A DNA stretch of 64,000 nucleotides from Octopus sinensis (GCF_006345805.1 NC_043003.1:86924001-86988000); one strand, 5' to 3'; numbered from the stretch's first letter, positions 24,450 through 39,565 are shown. Notes: generated from the sequence alone by a model not told the origin. Made by a program: numbers and translations.

Positions 24450-27311
24450 TCAATATCAATAATATCATTGCAAAAACTATATCAGTCAGCAAGACAATTT
24501 TCTATATGGTGGATTAGCGTGTTCAAACTGCCATCGGCAAATGTCACACTGTTTTTAAAATGACGAAGATAATCTACTTAAGCCCAGAATCTTACAACAG
24601 CATGTCAACAGAAGCAGCAACAGTAACAAAACAATAGTATCAATTCTGATTTGACATCTCCACAAAATAGCTATTTTTACTATTCTGCTTACCTTAACAT
24701 AAATACGAGTTTTGACTTCACCAAAAGACGCAGACTTCCTTTGCGTGTACTACACGTACAAAATATCGCAGAATTTTTGTCGTTTTATTTATTGCCCTGG
24801 AAGCTGTTTAAATGCTCTCTGCTTCACTTTCATTCTAATTAAATTAATTTCTATTCTCTCTATCAATTAATTTAAGGTTTGGTATAAATTTTAATTTAGG
24901 TGTCACGAACGAAGGAAAATAGTTCTGACAAAATTCATACACAAAAAAATATATGCGCAGGGAATATTTACTGTTTTTATTTCATTTTATATTGTATACT
25001 TTCGTCTGAGTCACCACAACTTGTGTAATGTGTTTAATTTCAGTGTAGCTACTAAGATCTATCATTAGAACACAAACAGGAGAGTAGAAGACAAGTTATA
25101 ATTATGATGGATCGCAGGAAAATTGTACCTTCCTAATTTTGATCAAAGTTCAAATGTTATAATAGAGCAACGAAACGTCTGCTCAGAGGTTAACAGTATA
25201 ACAACCTACATACTTATCTGTCTATCTGTATATCTACCTGTTTATCTAAAATTGCTACTTACCTACGTATTTATCTGTCTCTTTGTGTATCTATCTATCT
25301 ATCTAACATCTATCTGTCAACTCTCTGTTTTACTACCGACTTACATCTCTTTCCCTAATCGTATATGTGTGCATCTAAGTCTCTTTCATTCTTTCTATTG
25401 ATCTATCTATCTATCTATCTATCTATCTACTATCTATCTATCTATCTATCTACTATCTATCTATCTATCTATCTATCTATCCCTCTGTCTTTCTGTCTGT
25501 CTGTCTGTTTAACTAGCTAGCAAAGACTGTGTCTTTGTATGAGTGTAAATAGCTGTGTATAAGTATGCATGTGCGGCAAATGACGTTTTTGTCTGTAGAA
25601 GTGGTCAAGAGAGTGTAAGGAAAGTGAAGGATTTGGAAAAGTATGGAAGTGGGTAAAATCGCTACAGAAACAAACCAAGTGAACAGAAATGGAAATGATG
25701 TAAGGTATGCTAGGGTAATTAAATACTGACAAAAGAACATTACAGCCGAATTAAGAACTGGAGACAAGAGTGAATACAAGTTCACTCAATACATTATCTA
25801 CCTCGAGAACTGTATATTCAGTATAAATATATTTGGAATGCCTTTCATTATATCTATTAATTTCGCAGCCAAATAAATTCTTATATACATCGAGAGAGCA
25901 ACATTTGGATTACCACAACTAAAAAGAAAATATATAATAATTAGGGGAAAGAATTATAAAACCAAAGAACGTTCATAGTCTTCAGAAGGGGTAGTTTAAA
26001 TGACGCAGGCTGCTTGGTTACGTTATAAAAAGAATAAGAAACGAAAACCTGATAAAAGATGGTAAGTTGCACTAAAATCAATCTTATCTCAAGATAAACA
26101 GTATGTTTTTTTTTAATCTTTTTTTATTTCTGCTTGTTCTGGGGAGATGTGCAGCGCCAAGGAGAGCAACGCCAGGAAGGGAAGCGCAAGAGAGGGCAAC
26201 GCCATGGAGAACAGTAGCAATAACACTTTTCAGGGTTTCTGAGATTAATGAGAGGAAGGAGTAAATTATTTTCACACCTAAGACCTGGCCTAAAAAGCTT
26301 ATATCGGAGCGGACTCTATTAAACCCAGCCAGGAACCAGGTGATGGTGTCAAACCGGGCAACAGATAGTATTATCGAATATTTTTATGTATTTCATTGCA
26401 TGACTTATTTTTACGCACACACACGTTATGCTAAAAAAAATTGCACCGAACCGAGTAGGTAGGGTAGCACACTACCCACTGGAAAATAATCGGTTCGTAT
26501 CCTAATACCGGTTGTGTAGATGGCCAATATATTTCACATTTAAACTGCCCCTCACCAGCTGCTGTAAATGTATATCACACGGTGATAAAAGTCATCGCTG
26601 CTAAGAAGGAGAGTACAGTAAGATTGGAAAGTGTTTTGTTAGTGCAGCATCGAGTTGAACCATGAAGGGCCCTACAAACAGCAGCATAGCTAGAGTGTGT
26701 ACCAACGGAAGCAGTACTTGAGCTTGCCGCGCTCCTCCCTATACAGCAGACTCTGAAAAATCTCCGCCCTAAAAGCGTCAACTGGGGCAGACCGTCTCCC
26801 TCCCCACGTATGCTACTGTCTTCTAGGCTAACAGATAAACTCCCTGATGAACTGTATAAAATCGAAAACTTCTTTGAAGCTAAGCGGTACTATTGATATT
26901 CTATAACTGTTTGTTTTTATAAATGAAATGGCTGAGTTACTGCTGTATAGGGTAATATTTTATGAGTCAAGAATTAAAATCTCTGCATGTATTTCTTTGT
27001 GAAAAACATTTTATGTGCCATGTCAGATCTTGTAGCAAAAACCAATCATAACAAATCACTCGTTTAGGATCAAACCTGACCGCGAATCCTTATGCAATTA
27101 ACTCGTAAGTGCATGGAGGAAACAGATAAGAAATATCTCAGTAAGCATCTAATCTCGATATTAATAGATTTGCTTATTTTTTGGCGGTGGGGGATGTGTT
27201 TTTGTTTTGTTTTTCTTTTCTTTTTACTAAGTATATATCTTTTGTGTTTTTATGAAGCAAAATTATTTTCCTTGGTTCGTGTAGTATTATAATATAATGA
27301 TAATATTATTT

Positions 27312-27710
27312 AAGGCGGCGAGCTGGCAGAAACGGTAGCACGCCGGGCGAAATGCGTAGCCGTATTTCGTCTGCCTTTATGTTCTGAGTCCAAATTCCGC
27401 CGGTGTCGACTTTGCCTTTCATCCTTTCGGGGTCGATTAAATAAGTACCAGTTATGCACTGAAGTCGATGTAATCGACTTAATCCGTGTGTCTGTCCTTG
27501 TTTGTTCCCTCTGTGTTTAGCCCCTTGTGGGTAGTAAAGAAATAGGTATTTCGTCTGTCTTTACGTTCTGAGTTCAAATTCCACCGAGGTCGACTTTGCC
27601 TTTCATCCTTTCGAGGTCGATAAATTAAGTACCACTTGCGTACTGGGGCCGATCTAATCGACTAGCTCCCTCCCCACAATTTTCAGGCCTTGTGCCTAGA
27701 GTAGAAAAGA
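27312..27710 (+). mobile_element. SINE family A dimer
   Basis: Junction aaagaaataggtatttcgtctg at ~27535. Confidence 0.85.
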
Positions 27711-27949
27711 TTCTTTTACTTGTTTCAATTATTTGACTGAGGCCATGCTAGAGTACTACCTTTTAGTCAGAGAAATCGACCCTTGGGTTTATTCTTTGTA
27801 AGCCTGGTACTTGTTCTGTCTGTTTTACTGAACCGCTAAGTTACGGGGACGTAAACACACCAACATCGGTTGTCAAGCGATGGTGGGGGAACAAACACAC
27901 ACACGCACACACACAGACACACACACACTCACACACACACACACCACAC

Positions 27950-27985
<36 letters not shown>

Positions 27986-28150
27986 CACGACGGGCTTCTT
28001 TCGGTTTCCGTCTTCCAAATCCACTGACAAGGTTTTGGTCGGTCCGAGGCTATAGTAGAAGACATTTGCCCAAGGTGCCGCTCAGTGGGATTGAACCCGT
28101 AACTATGTGGTTGGAAAGGAAGCTTCTTACCACACAGCCACGCCTGCGCC
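27711..28150 (-). mobile_element. SINE family B
   Basis: Full family body including head. Confidence 0.85.
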
Positions 28151-29241
28151 TATTATTTGCAGAATTATAATGCATGAAATTATATACAAATATATCTGCA
28201 AATTTGTATATAATTTTCAGATTCCGTATCAATAGACTAGAACGACCTTAAGCCACTTTTTGTATTTTCTCTATCGTAGGCAGAAAACATCTGACGTGAT
28301 TGGTGAAAACGAATAGCATATCTGGATTAAGCTCGAAAAATTGCTTCAGAAACGCTTATCTATTCAACAGAAATATTTCCGCCCCCAAATTCTGTAGACC
28401 TGTGTCATAAGAGCAGTTTTGGTTTTAATATGAAAAACAAAACACACTATGAATAATTATAAATGATGAGGTAAATACTGAGTCAGAGATCAGACTATGA
28501 TGTACTTAGTAAGAGCATAAACATTTGAAAAGAAGTTCTTACACTACATATCCCCACGCAAAAGCTGTCATCGTAGTTACTTTAATGGTGTTTGTTGACT
28601 GAGATATGTTTGCACATAAGCGGTTTCTTTAAAGCCTTAAGTGATGACATTCCTTAGAAATTTTCGTTTCTTCTGAGGGTGATAGAGAGATAGAAATTCT
28701 AGATGGCCAATCAAGATTAATTACATCTTGAGCTAATAATATCGGTTGAGCATCAGAAAAAAATGCCTTGTGGAATTTCTTCCCGCTTTTAACTTTCTTA
28801 GTTCAAATTTCGCTGAAGTCGACTATGCTTTTCATCTCATCGAGTTCCAAAAGATACTGTCCAAGCATTGAGGTTGATGGTGTCGACTAACTCTCTCTGT
28901 CTCTCCTCAAGATTACTGTACTTAAATCAGAAACAATTCTGATTTAATCTAATCGATCTCAATACTTGATTGGTACTGTGACCATAATTACGGTCGCCAT
29001 ATTTAGCTAAGTCCGTTTTAGATTTTGAGTTCGAATGATACCGAAAGAGATATTGCTTCACGCGCCTCTAGAATCCATGTATTAGCAATAGATCAAAGTC
29101 GATTCAATCGGCCGTAAATAAGATATTGTCAATATAAGGATTAGTGTTATTGTAGGAATATATTTTGCTTCTGTGTATCAATCGTATGTGTATTGTCTTT
29201 CCATGTCCAAATGTACGCGAACATGCTAAATATGACTCTCC

Positions 29242-29275
<34 letters not shown>

Positions 29276-29391
29276 TATATATGCATATACAGATAGAGAG
29301 AGGAGGAAGAAACAGGGGGAAAATATCTCGTGTGTACCGTTGGCGATTTTTTTCCTCTGTCTTCCCTTCTCTGGATCTTTCCTTCTCCTAT

Positions 29392-29426
29392 GTTTCCGAC
29401 GAAGAGTTCTACTCGAAACGTTAAAC
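29392..29426 (+). ncRNA. Minimal type I hammerhead motif (U4C), in pLTR-like repeat
   Basis: GTTT-CCGACGA-A-GAGT(tct)ACTC-GAAA-C-GTT-AAAC; helix III is the ACGT palindrome. Confidence 0.55.
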
Positions 29427-29634
29427 CCTCCTCCTTTCCTTCTTTCCTGGGCGTCCAATAATACTTATTTGTTCCACGTCCTCGCGTTGGTGTGTTTTTT
29501 GTGCTTTCTTGTTTGGATTAACTTTATATATAATATATATATATATATATATAATTATATGTATGTATATATTATATATAATATATATGTGTATGTATGG
29601 TATGTATATATATCTATAATATATATATACATAT

Positions 29635-29679
<45 letters not shown>

Positions 29680-29916
29680 ATATATATATATATATGTGTA
29701 TGTATGTTATGTATATATATATATATAATATATATATATATATATCATACATACATACCTACATACACATATATATTATATACATACATATGTATGTATG
29801 TATAATATATATATATATATATATGTGTATGTATGTATGTATATATATATATATATAATATATAATACATACATACATACATACATACACATATATATAT
29901 ATATACATACATACAT

Positions 29917-29948
<32 letters not shown>

Positions 29949-30775
29949 ATGGTACACAAAAAAATGTAATCGATATCTATGTTTTATATAACGTACACGT
30001 GTTTCAGAAAACCAGCAAAACATCTATTACATTAGCTTAAATGCCTAGTCATTCTACAAATGCAACCGGCACTCTTCATTGGCATTATTGACAAGAGTGC
30101 AACGTAAAGAGAGAAGCAGGCCCTCATACACATCAGTATGCAAATAAGAACAGTTATCATATGAGATTTGAAAGGAAAAGATAGTGAGAGAGTAAAAGAT
30201 TATGAGAGAAGAGTGTGATCTGGTGGAGAAAAGAAAGCCATCAGTGCTATGCTTCAACCAATGCATATGATAGCAAGAATAATATTAATCCCTTCTTATT
30301 TTAGCACAATGCCAGCAAATTTGAGGGACGGAGAAGTCGATTACATCAATCCTAATATTCAACTGGTACCGAGGATCTGTTCGATTTCGCTCATAGATAT
30401 TTTAATTATCTCTTTTTAACTAAATAATTTGAAACTCGTATACTAGTGTAATTTCTCACACTGAACGTGGTTTACTTTCAGCATTTATGACAAAATTTCG
30501 TATTTTAGAAGTTATTTCGTGTTAAAGTTGTCGTATTTGGGTAATTTTAACCAATCAACGACGTGTATTCAGTTGATGAAAGCTACTGCTGTTTGCGATA
30601 GTAATCGAAGAGCAACAGCTTCCGGGTCATCTCAACTGGTGGGTATTTTATCGACCTTAAGCAGATGAAAAGCAAAGTCGACCACGGCGGAATTCGAACT
30701 CAGAACGCAAAGGGGGACGAAATGCCCCTAAGCATTTTTGCCCGGCGTGCTAACGATTCTCCCAGTTCACTGCCT

Positions 30776-30864
<89 letters not shown>

Positions 30865-31170
30865 AAAATAAAGAAGACCATTTTCGTAATAGCAAGAGCT
30901 AGCGGTCAGCATCAAAGAAAGAAAGAAAGAAAAGAAGATAAGGACGAAACTGAAAGCAGAGAAGGGCAGTGATGAAAGAATGTATGGCTTTCAAACAGAG
31001 AAGGAAATAGTTTAGCAGACAAGTTGCCTACTTCAGGAAGTTGTATAACATAGGTGATTGTAGATTCTGTCTGGCGCTACTACTCGCGTACACACACTTA
31101 AATCCATAAAGACGTACACACACACACACACACGCACACACACACACACACACACACAGACACACACACA

Positions 31171-31220
<50 letters not shown>

Positions 31221-32108
31221 AACATAAACGCATTTGCACACGTAAGAACCTCCCGAAGATGTACACAAGAAACCTGTGACAGTTCAGGAATGTACAGCCA
31301 GCATATTTTATGCCAATAATAATAGTAATAGCAATAACAATCATAAGCCATACTGCAATGAAGACAGTTGCTTATAGAATTAGTTGTAATTAAAATCGAA
31401 GAGCAAAGAAGAGAGCAATTATAAAGTCTCCATCGTCTAGAAAGTTCTTAAAGATTTGAATTTTCAAAACATTTTTCAACTAAACGATTAATTTTAATTC
31501 ATTGTGAGCGTTTTTTCAATATCTTAAACTGATTGACTGCATTTTTAATGTCTTATCGCTCTCTCTCTCTCTCCCTCTCACTATCCCTCTCTTTCTATCT
31601 CCCCCTCTCTCTCACTCCCTTTCTTTCTTTCTCTCTCTCTCTCCCTCTCTCCCTCTCTCTCTCTCCTCTGTTTTCCTTCTTTGTTTATATATTTCCGATA
31701 GTTAATGCCTTAGCTGAAACTTCCACCGTTCGTGTTGTGCTGTTATTCATATGATGAACGGAAATAAAAAAGAATATCGTTTTCCTTGTCGTATGTTTAT
31801 ATAGGTTATTGATATTAAAATGTACAAATGTGTGTGCGTGTGTGTGAACTGAAAACCACATATATGAGAAACAGTAGTAAGTTTTTCAATATGATTTCTT
31901 CCAGTACATCCATGTAGAGGATGGATGACTTTTGAGTTTGTTTAAGGGAGAGCGATTAAGACTGATAGAATAACAAAATATTTACTGAGCAAGTGAAGGC
32001 TGCTAGATTAAAAAGTACAAAGGAAAATAGATGTAACACTGGGGTCGATGTAATCGACTGACCCTTTCCCCCGAAACTGCTGGTCTTGTGCCAAAATTTG
32101 AGACAATT

Positions 32109-32273
32109 CAGGAGTGGCTGTGAGGTAAGTAGCTTGCTTACCAGCCATATGGTTATGGGTTCAGTCCCACTGCGTGGCACCTTGGGCAAGTGTCTTCTAC
32201 TATAGCCTCGGGCCAACCAAAGCCTTGTGAGTGGATTTGGTAGACGGAAACTCAAAGAAGCCCGTCGTATATA

Positions 32274-32346
<73 letters not shown>

Positions 32347-32513
32347 TGTGTCTGTGTTCGTCCCCCTAGCATTGCTTGACAACCGATGCTGGTATGTTTA
32401 TGTCCCCGTAACTTAGCGGTTCGGCATAAGAGACCGATAGAATAAGTGCTAGGCCTACAAAGAATAAGACCTGGGGTCGATTTGCTCGACTAAAGACGCT
32501 GCTCCAGCATGGC
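32109..32513 (+). mobile_element. SINE family B
   Basis: Head caggagtggctgtgaggtaag...ggttcagtcccactg; internal (TG)n. Confidence 0.85.
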
Positions 32514-32676
32514 ATTTCAACCGTCTTTACATTCTGACTTTGCTTTCATCTTTTCAGGGTCAATAAGAAAAATCCCAGTGTTAAACATCGATGTCGATGT
32601 ACTCGACTAGTACCTTCCCCCAAAATTTGAGGCCTTGTGTCTATAGTGGAAATAATTATCATCATCATCATCATCA

Positions 32677-32711
<35 letters not shown>

Positions 32712-33267
32712 GAGTGAGAGAGCAGTGCATGCCATCAATGTGACACTGGGGTAAATATATACGAAACCCAGTATACCCATCATGACTACCCGTCTCATAA
32801 GGGTACACAAGGCACATGCATAACAACCCTATGTACGTGACATGGTGATCCCATATCGAGATAAACAGCACATGACCTTGCAGGTGAGGCCCAGTCAGAA
32901 TTTTCTTCTGGTCGAGTAACCAATCCCGCTCAAAAGCTCCCTGAATAAGGGTTGTTTAAGGATGTTGAATGAAACACCCATGTTTCCAGAGGTGAATTAT
33001 TCAAACCCCAAAGAATCCCTCTCAACACATGGCTATGATGCTCCCCCACTACTTCTGCTCGTGATCAGAGATGCACATATCGTCAGCCACTAAGAGACAT
33101 GGTCAACTGGTTAAGGTCAAACAACTGACAAGCAAATCTGTGGTATCGAGCAGAATATTTGCTGTAGCCCATCTTTTATACCAAGACAAAACAATGTACA
33201 TGATAACACTTCCAATCAGTTAAGATTAGAAGCCACGAGGGCCACTGCTGGTGCTGCATCAGGGCAT
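32712..33267 (-). mobile_element. ~560-bp non-coding retro-like element embedded in (AAT)n
   Basis: Reverse-complement copy at 48712-49268; both copies flanked by AAT microsatellite on each side. Confidence 0.75.
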
Positions 33268-33280
33268 TTTTATTATCATC

Positions 33281-33312
<32 letters not shown>

Positions 33313-33525
33313 TATTAAAGGTAGCTGGCAGAATCGTTAGCATGCTGGGCAAAATGCTTAGCGGCATTTCGTCCGCCTTTACCTTCAGAGTTCACATTCC
33401 ACCGACGCTGACTTTGCCTGTCATCCTTTCGGGGTCGATAAATTAAGTTCCAGTTGAATCCTGGGGGTCAATCTAATACACTTAGCCCTCCCCCAAATTG
33501 CTGGCCTTGTGCCAAAATGAGAAAC

Positions 33526-33577
<52 letters not shown>

Positions 33578-34522
33578 TCTTTTTTTTATTACCCACAAGG
33601 GGCTAAACACAGAGGGGACAAACAAGGACAGACATAGGTATTAAGTCGATTACATCGACCCCAGTGCGCAACTGGTACTTAATTTATCGACCCCGAAAGG
33701 ATGAAAGGCAAAGTCGACCTCGGCGAAATTTGAACTCACAACGTAACGGCAGACGAAATACCACTAAGCATTTCGCTCGGCGTGCTAACGTTTCTGCCAG
33801 CTCGCCGCCTATATTATTATTGTTGTTGTTGTTGTTATTAAGGCAGTGATTTTCAGAATCATTAGAACGCAGTACAAAATGCATCGTAGCTTTTTATCCG
33901 TCTTTACGTTTTGAGTTCAAGTTCTGTTGAGGTCGGTTTTGTCTTTTATTCTTCTGGGGTCGATTAAATGATTACCAGTCACGTACTGAGGTTGATGCCA
34001 TCGACTTCCTCCGCCACTTAAGAACTGCTGGCCATCATCCAAAATTTGAAATCCTTATCATTAATATTATATCTACTGACTACATTCTTGACCTGTCACG
34101 AGTTTGCCTGAATGTGTATGTTCACCACTCTCATCATCATTGCTGCTTTCGTGCGCATCGTCCGTGTTATTTTTTTCTCCCAGCCACTTCTAAGCGAAGT
34201 GAAATAAAGAAAACGACTTTTACGAGTTATGGAGATGATCTTCATATTTGATAGCTTTATATGTCTGGATATCAAAGAAATATTTCGAGGAAAACAAAAC
34301 GTTTAATGTTTTAACTTTATATTATCTGTAGACGGGTAAGTTACAATGTGTGTATACGTGCGTATGAATATATGTATTTATATATGTGTATATGTCTGTG
34401 TATGTGTGTGCACGTGTATGTCAGTATGTCTGTATGCATGCATGTAGGTAGGTAAGGTGGTTGGTAAGTAAATATGTATATATATCTCTCTTTATATAGA
34501 CGGCAAAATGTCTGTGTGTATG

Positions 34523-34556
<34 letters not shown>

Positions 34557-34790
34557 CGTGTCCTTTATGCAAATCCACAATTTTTCAGTTAGAGGGGTCG
34601 CACTTTCTATGGTCATTCAAAACCGTCCAAGGGTGGTCGTGCACATCTTTACATTTCCCCAGTCACCCCGCAAAGCCATTAAAAAATCTATAGAAGTGAC
34701 TTTTTTGTGAATTTTCTATCCCAAATCCAATCAAAATGCCAGAAACTTGATATATGTGTGTGTGTAATATATATATATATAAAGTTAATA

Positions 34791-34842
<52 letters not shown>

Positions 34843-35534
34843 AGATATATATATATATATATTATATATATATATATAATATACATATATATATATGCAT
34901 AAATACATACGTATATGTATATACATTTATATATATATATATGTGTACATATATATATATGCATATGTGGGCACAGGACGTCACGAAACGTGTACCACAA
35001 AAAATACGAAGTACGAGTACATGGAATATGAACTATTTTTTCGAACAACGAAAGACACAAGCTGAAAACAAGACAAACAACATAAAGAACGACCCTTTAT
35101 CAGTTGTTGGCTGTTTTTCTACTCTCGTATTTCGAGCATTTAACAACAATATACGCTTTTGATAAAACAGTTGGTCCCGCAAGGCAAATTAAATAAAATT
35201 TGGGATTTTGCGGAGGGACGAAATTGGTAACACAAGCAGGACAGTGAAAATAAACAGGAAGGGCTGCTGAGCCTAAACGACGTTGTGGTGTCGAACACGT
35301 CTTCCTTGTTCCAGTTCCAACGGAGAAAAAGAAAGATGGCCGATGGTTACGTGGGAGTCACGTGGGCAAGGGAAGAGGAGTGAGGGATATATATATACAT
35401 AGATACATACACGTCACTAACTGATAAATGGTGCTAGTCAGCATTAGCATTGCTAGAAATAAGAGTAAGAGCAATTCTTAGCTGCGGAGTTAAGCACTTA
35501 CCTAATGACTGACAAGAGAGACAAACTCCCTACA

Positions 35535-35596
35535 GTGAGACAGAGCCAGATCATCGATGATTTCGGATATGATTAATCTTCATCAGAAACTCTCAC
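35535..35596 (-). ncRNA. Degenerate type I hammerhead motif inside a self-complementary 420-bp unit
   Basis: gtgagagttt-CTGATGA-agattaatcatatcc-GAAA-TCATCGATGA-TC-tggctctgtctcac; helix III fully palindromic; first helix I pair mismatched. Confidence 0.45.
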
Positions 35597-35848
35597 CCGG
35601 TTAAAGCTAACTCGCCTTGTCGTAGGAATTAGAGGCTGATTCCATAAATGGTAAAAGTGAAACTTATAAATTGCTAAAGTGGCTTATTGGCAATTTACAA
35701 CCAAAAGGCGCGAGTATGGACGTTCCCATGTCAATCATTAGGTAAGTGCTTCCCCGTGGCTATGAGTTGATGCTGACTAGCACCCTTAGTCGCCTTAGTG
35801 GCGTTTATACTTGTGCTGTTTGATTGCTAATTGCGAATAAGCCACTTT

Positions 35849-36129
35849 AATGTATTAGTCTCTATATGGTATTGAGTACTCATTTTCCGACAGTTTACAC
35901 TAAACGGATACATATGTGTATGTGCGTGTGTATGACGTCATAAAACTTTAGCAACCTGGAGAGAACGTGAAATAATTCCATTTTAGGAGTGGTAAAACTC
36001 GAAGTAGATAATGCGATAAATAACAGCGTGAAAATAACGATAATTGTTCTTTTTGACGTCGCTAATGGCTAATCATATACATATTTAATTTTAAATAGAT
36101 TTGTACGCACGAAAAATAAATTCATATCC

Positions 36130-36171
<42 letters not shown>

Positions 36172-36447
36172 GTGTTTCTGTGTGTATATGTATATATATA
36201 TTCTATTCTTTCATTCTTTTACTTGTTTCAATTATTTGACTGTAGCCATTCTGGAGCACTGCCATTAGTCGAGCTGATCGAGCCCAGGACTTATTTTTTG
36301 TAAGCCTAGTACTTATTCTATCGGTCACTTTTGCCGAAACCACTAGGTTACGGGAACACACCAACATCGGTTGTCAAGCGATGGTGGTGGGGGACGAACA
36401 CAGACATACAAACAGATACATAATACATACATATATATGTATATATG

Positions 36448-36530
<83 letters not shown>

Positions 36531-36852
36531 ATATATATATGTGAATATTTTTAATTGACGCCTTGTTATTCGGATATGAATTTATTTTTCGTGCGTACAA
36601 ATCTATTTAAAATTAAATATGTATATGATTAGCCATTAGCGACGTCAAAAAGAACAATTATCGTTATTTTCACGCTGTTATTTATCGCATTATCTACTTC
36701 GAGTTTTACCACTCCTAAAATGGAATTATTTCACGTTCTCTCCAGGTTGCTAAAGTTTTATGACGTCATACACACGCACATACACATCTGTATCCGTTTA
36801 GTGTAAACTGTCGGAAAATGAGTGCTCAATACCATATAGAGATTAATACATT
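35849..36852. repeat. 286-bp inverted repeat (3 mismatches) with 432-bp spacer
   Basis: 35849-36134 is the reverse complement of 36567-36852; spacer holds microsatellites and a SINE-B fragment. Confidence 0.9.
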
Positions 36853-37277
36853 TTATTTGGTTAATGTCAGTCTTTTGCTACTCCTGTTGATGCTCACGAT
36901 CTTCGAGCGAGTTATGCCCGAAAATTGATTGGAATTGCATATCTATATATGGGTTTCTTGTCATAGAGAGAAAATTATGATAAAAGGAGAAAAATAGAAG
37001 AAATAAAAAGAGGGAAAATAAATGGAGAAAGAAGAAAAGGTGAAGGAATAGAATATAAGAAAAAGAGGAAATGAAGAAAGAAGGAGGAAGAAGAGATGAA
37101 GAGAGAGGGATGAAGAGGAAATGAAGGGAGTTTATTGATCGGATATAAGGAAGTAGGATGTGTGGGTGTTAGATTGAGCAAAGAATGCAATGGAAAAATT
37201 CAGTAGAAAAATCGCAGAAAAATGAACTTTGGTATCGTCTACATTTAAGGGTAGGAATGGATGAATGGATGATTGAA

Positions 37278-37313
<36 letters not shown>

Positions 37314-37770
37314 GGCTTGACAGTTAATATGAATAACAGTGGGGCTGCTCATTTAAAAGAATGGCCAAAACGAGTGGGTAGCTTGTGGTAGTTATGAGTA
37401 ATCAAAATATAGAATACTACAAAATTATTAAGGAGTAAATGGAATAAATGAAGATATGGCAGTATATTGAAAGAGGTAGTAATAAAATATTGGAAATTTC
37501 TAAAAAAATATGACAATTAAAATGAAAGGAAAAAAAAAACCTTAGCAACAGGAGTGTTGTTTTCGAGCAGGGGTCTGGGAACTTTTTAAAGCAGTTACCC
37601 CAAAATATATTTATTTACGCCGACGTTACCCACTGGATTTGAAAGTAAATAAAATCATAAATTCTTTGATTGCAAAAGGTTTGTTGAATCTATTTACATG
37701 TTCATTACATTGAACAGATGCAATGCTGCCACAAGAAAAACTTCCATTGTAATAAGGAATACGTTTTTAT

Positions 37771-37977
37771 ATATTGTTATATTTAGGAATGGTCATTTTG
37801 CCAGTTTAGCCAATAAAAACACACGCACTATATATATGGTGTTACTTTGCTTCAGCGTTATTCATTAAGATTAATGTAAAAAATGAATATCGCTGAAGCA
37901 AAGTAACACCAAATATATAGTACGTGTGTTTTTATTGGCTAAACTGGCAAAATGACCATTCCTAAATACAACAATAT
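37771..37977. repeat. Fold-back (~87-bp arms), pLTR-type; second copy at 62306-62494
   Basis: atattgttatatttaggaatggtcatt...cttcagcg versus its reverse complement; right arm runs into MTIPKYNNICFNT. Confidence 0.85.
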
Positions 37978-38460
37978 CTGTTTCAACACACTATTTCACA
38001 TACCTTAGGTACATGGTTAGTAGTATGCCAATTAAAGAACTTTCACTATTTAGGTTACTTGATGTCATCCACTGTTTCAGGAATTCTGTAGTGTTTGTTG
38101 AGTTTATAATGAATGAGGGAAACGGAAAATGGAGTTTGCAAGAATCTTTATTCAGCTCGACGATCGTTTCGACCCATCCTGCATCTGTCCCTTGCGGATG
38201 GGATACTGTATAGCTGGTTGTGTTGCACCCAACAATGCAAAATGCATCTCATCGCCTGTCATATTTTGAATAAGATACTTCGCTAAATATACTCGGTTTT
38301 GCTTGACATGTTGTTGACACCAGTAGGTTGTTGGCTATAATGATAGAGGATGGATACAATTTCCGGGTTATAACTGGTAAATGGGCCTGGCTATATACCG
38401 TTCAAAGTGAATACATGACATACAGTAAAGAAAAAATGAGCAATAAAGAAAAAATGATCT

Positions 38461-39521
38461 TATATGCATTAGATCATCAATCTAATTTTTTAAGGCATTA
38501 ACACGTTGGATGACGTGTTAATAAATACGCAATGTCTGAGATAAGGATGAACTCGCCATGGATGCAACGCTTTTTGTCATAGATCTGTTCAGTCATATCC
38601 AACCTTGGGTTAAACAACAACTTCAACCAGAAAAAATGGGAAAACAGAACCCAAGTAAACTGACAGGAAATTTGTTTAGGGGGTGCAAACTCAGGTCCAA
38701 ATTTTTTTACAAAGCCATTTTTTTTTTCAATCTTTACAAAGCTATTTTTTCCACACACACACACACAAACACAAACGACGGGCTTCTTTCATTTTCCGTC
38801 TATCAAGTTCACTCACAAGGCTTTGGTCGATCCGAGACTATATTTGAAGTCACCTGCCCAAGGTGCCAAACTGTGAGATGGAACCCGGAACCATGTGGTT
38901 GGGAAGCTAACTTCTTATCACCCAGAATAGCTTTCTTAGATTTTTTGTCAATATTCTAAACCTAGCCAAGATTTTACTACTCGTTTCCTTCTAATTGTTT
39001 TGGGCTTTTGCACTTAGAAATTTATGAGAGTCAACTGTAACACTTAGTTAAGTTCTATTAAGTTACCATTTTTAGGTTAAATTGGTTTCAGGCAGATAAG
39101 AGATAAAAAAATCTTTTATCTAGCTTGACCTAATTTAGTTTGAAAAAATATAAATACGGAACCCAAAATCGGTTCTATCTCTTTGGTCACTTAGCGCTTA
39201 GTCGAAGAACATCTATTTCTCTCCCTTCACTTATAGATTGTCAACGCGTGACAGTAGAACTTTCATCCTATTTACTTGTCAACCAAGAAAGATAGGCTCT
39301 CTTACTTTTCTCTCTCCCCTTTTTCCACCCGTCTTCTAGCAGTCAACAAAAGATGAATTTAACTACCTACAGAATGGATAACAGAATGGCAAATAATTCA
39401 TGTATAACAACAACAACTCGAAGAAGTTTTATTTTACATTGTAACGATGAAAATAAGAGGTCGTTTCAATAATAATATTTCTTCTACTCGTTTATTTGCC
39501 ACATGTAAATCGTTATGTGTG

Positions 39522-39565
<44 letters not shown>

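Noticed and set aside
26838-26885. CTGATGA...GAAA followed by a CTTC/GAAG hairpin
   Set aside because: Helices I and II do not pair; at best a heavily decayed motif
36790-36840. GAAA plus TGAGT[A/G]CTCA palindrome in the 286-bp inverted repeat
   Set aside because: No recognisable core at the correct distance and no helix I
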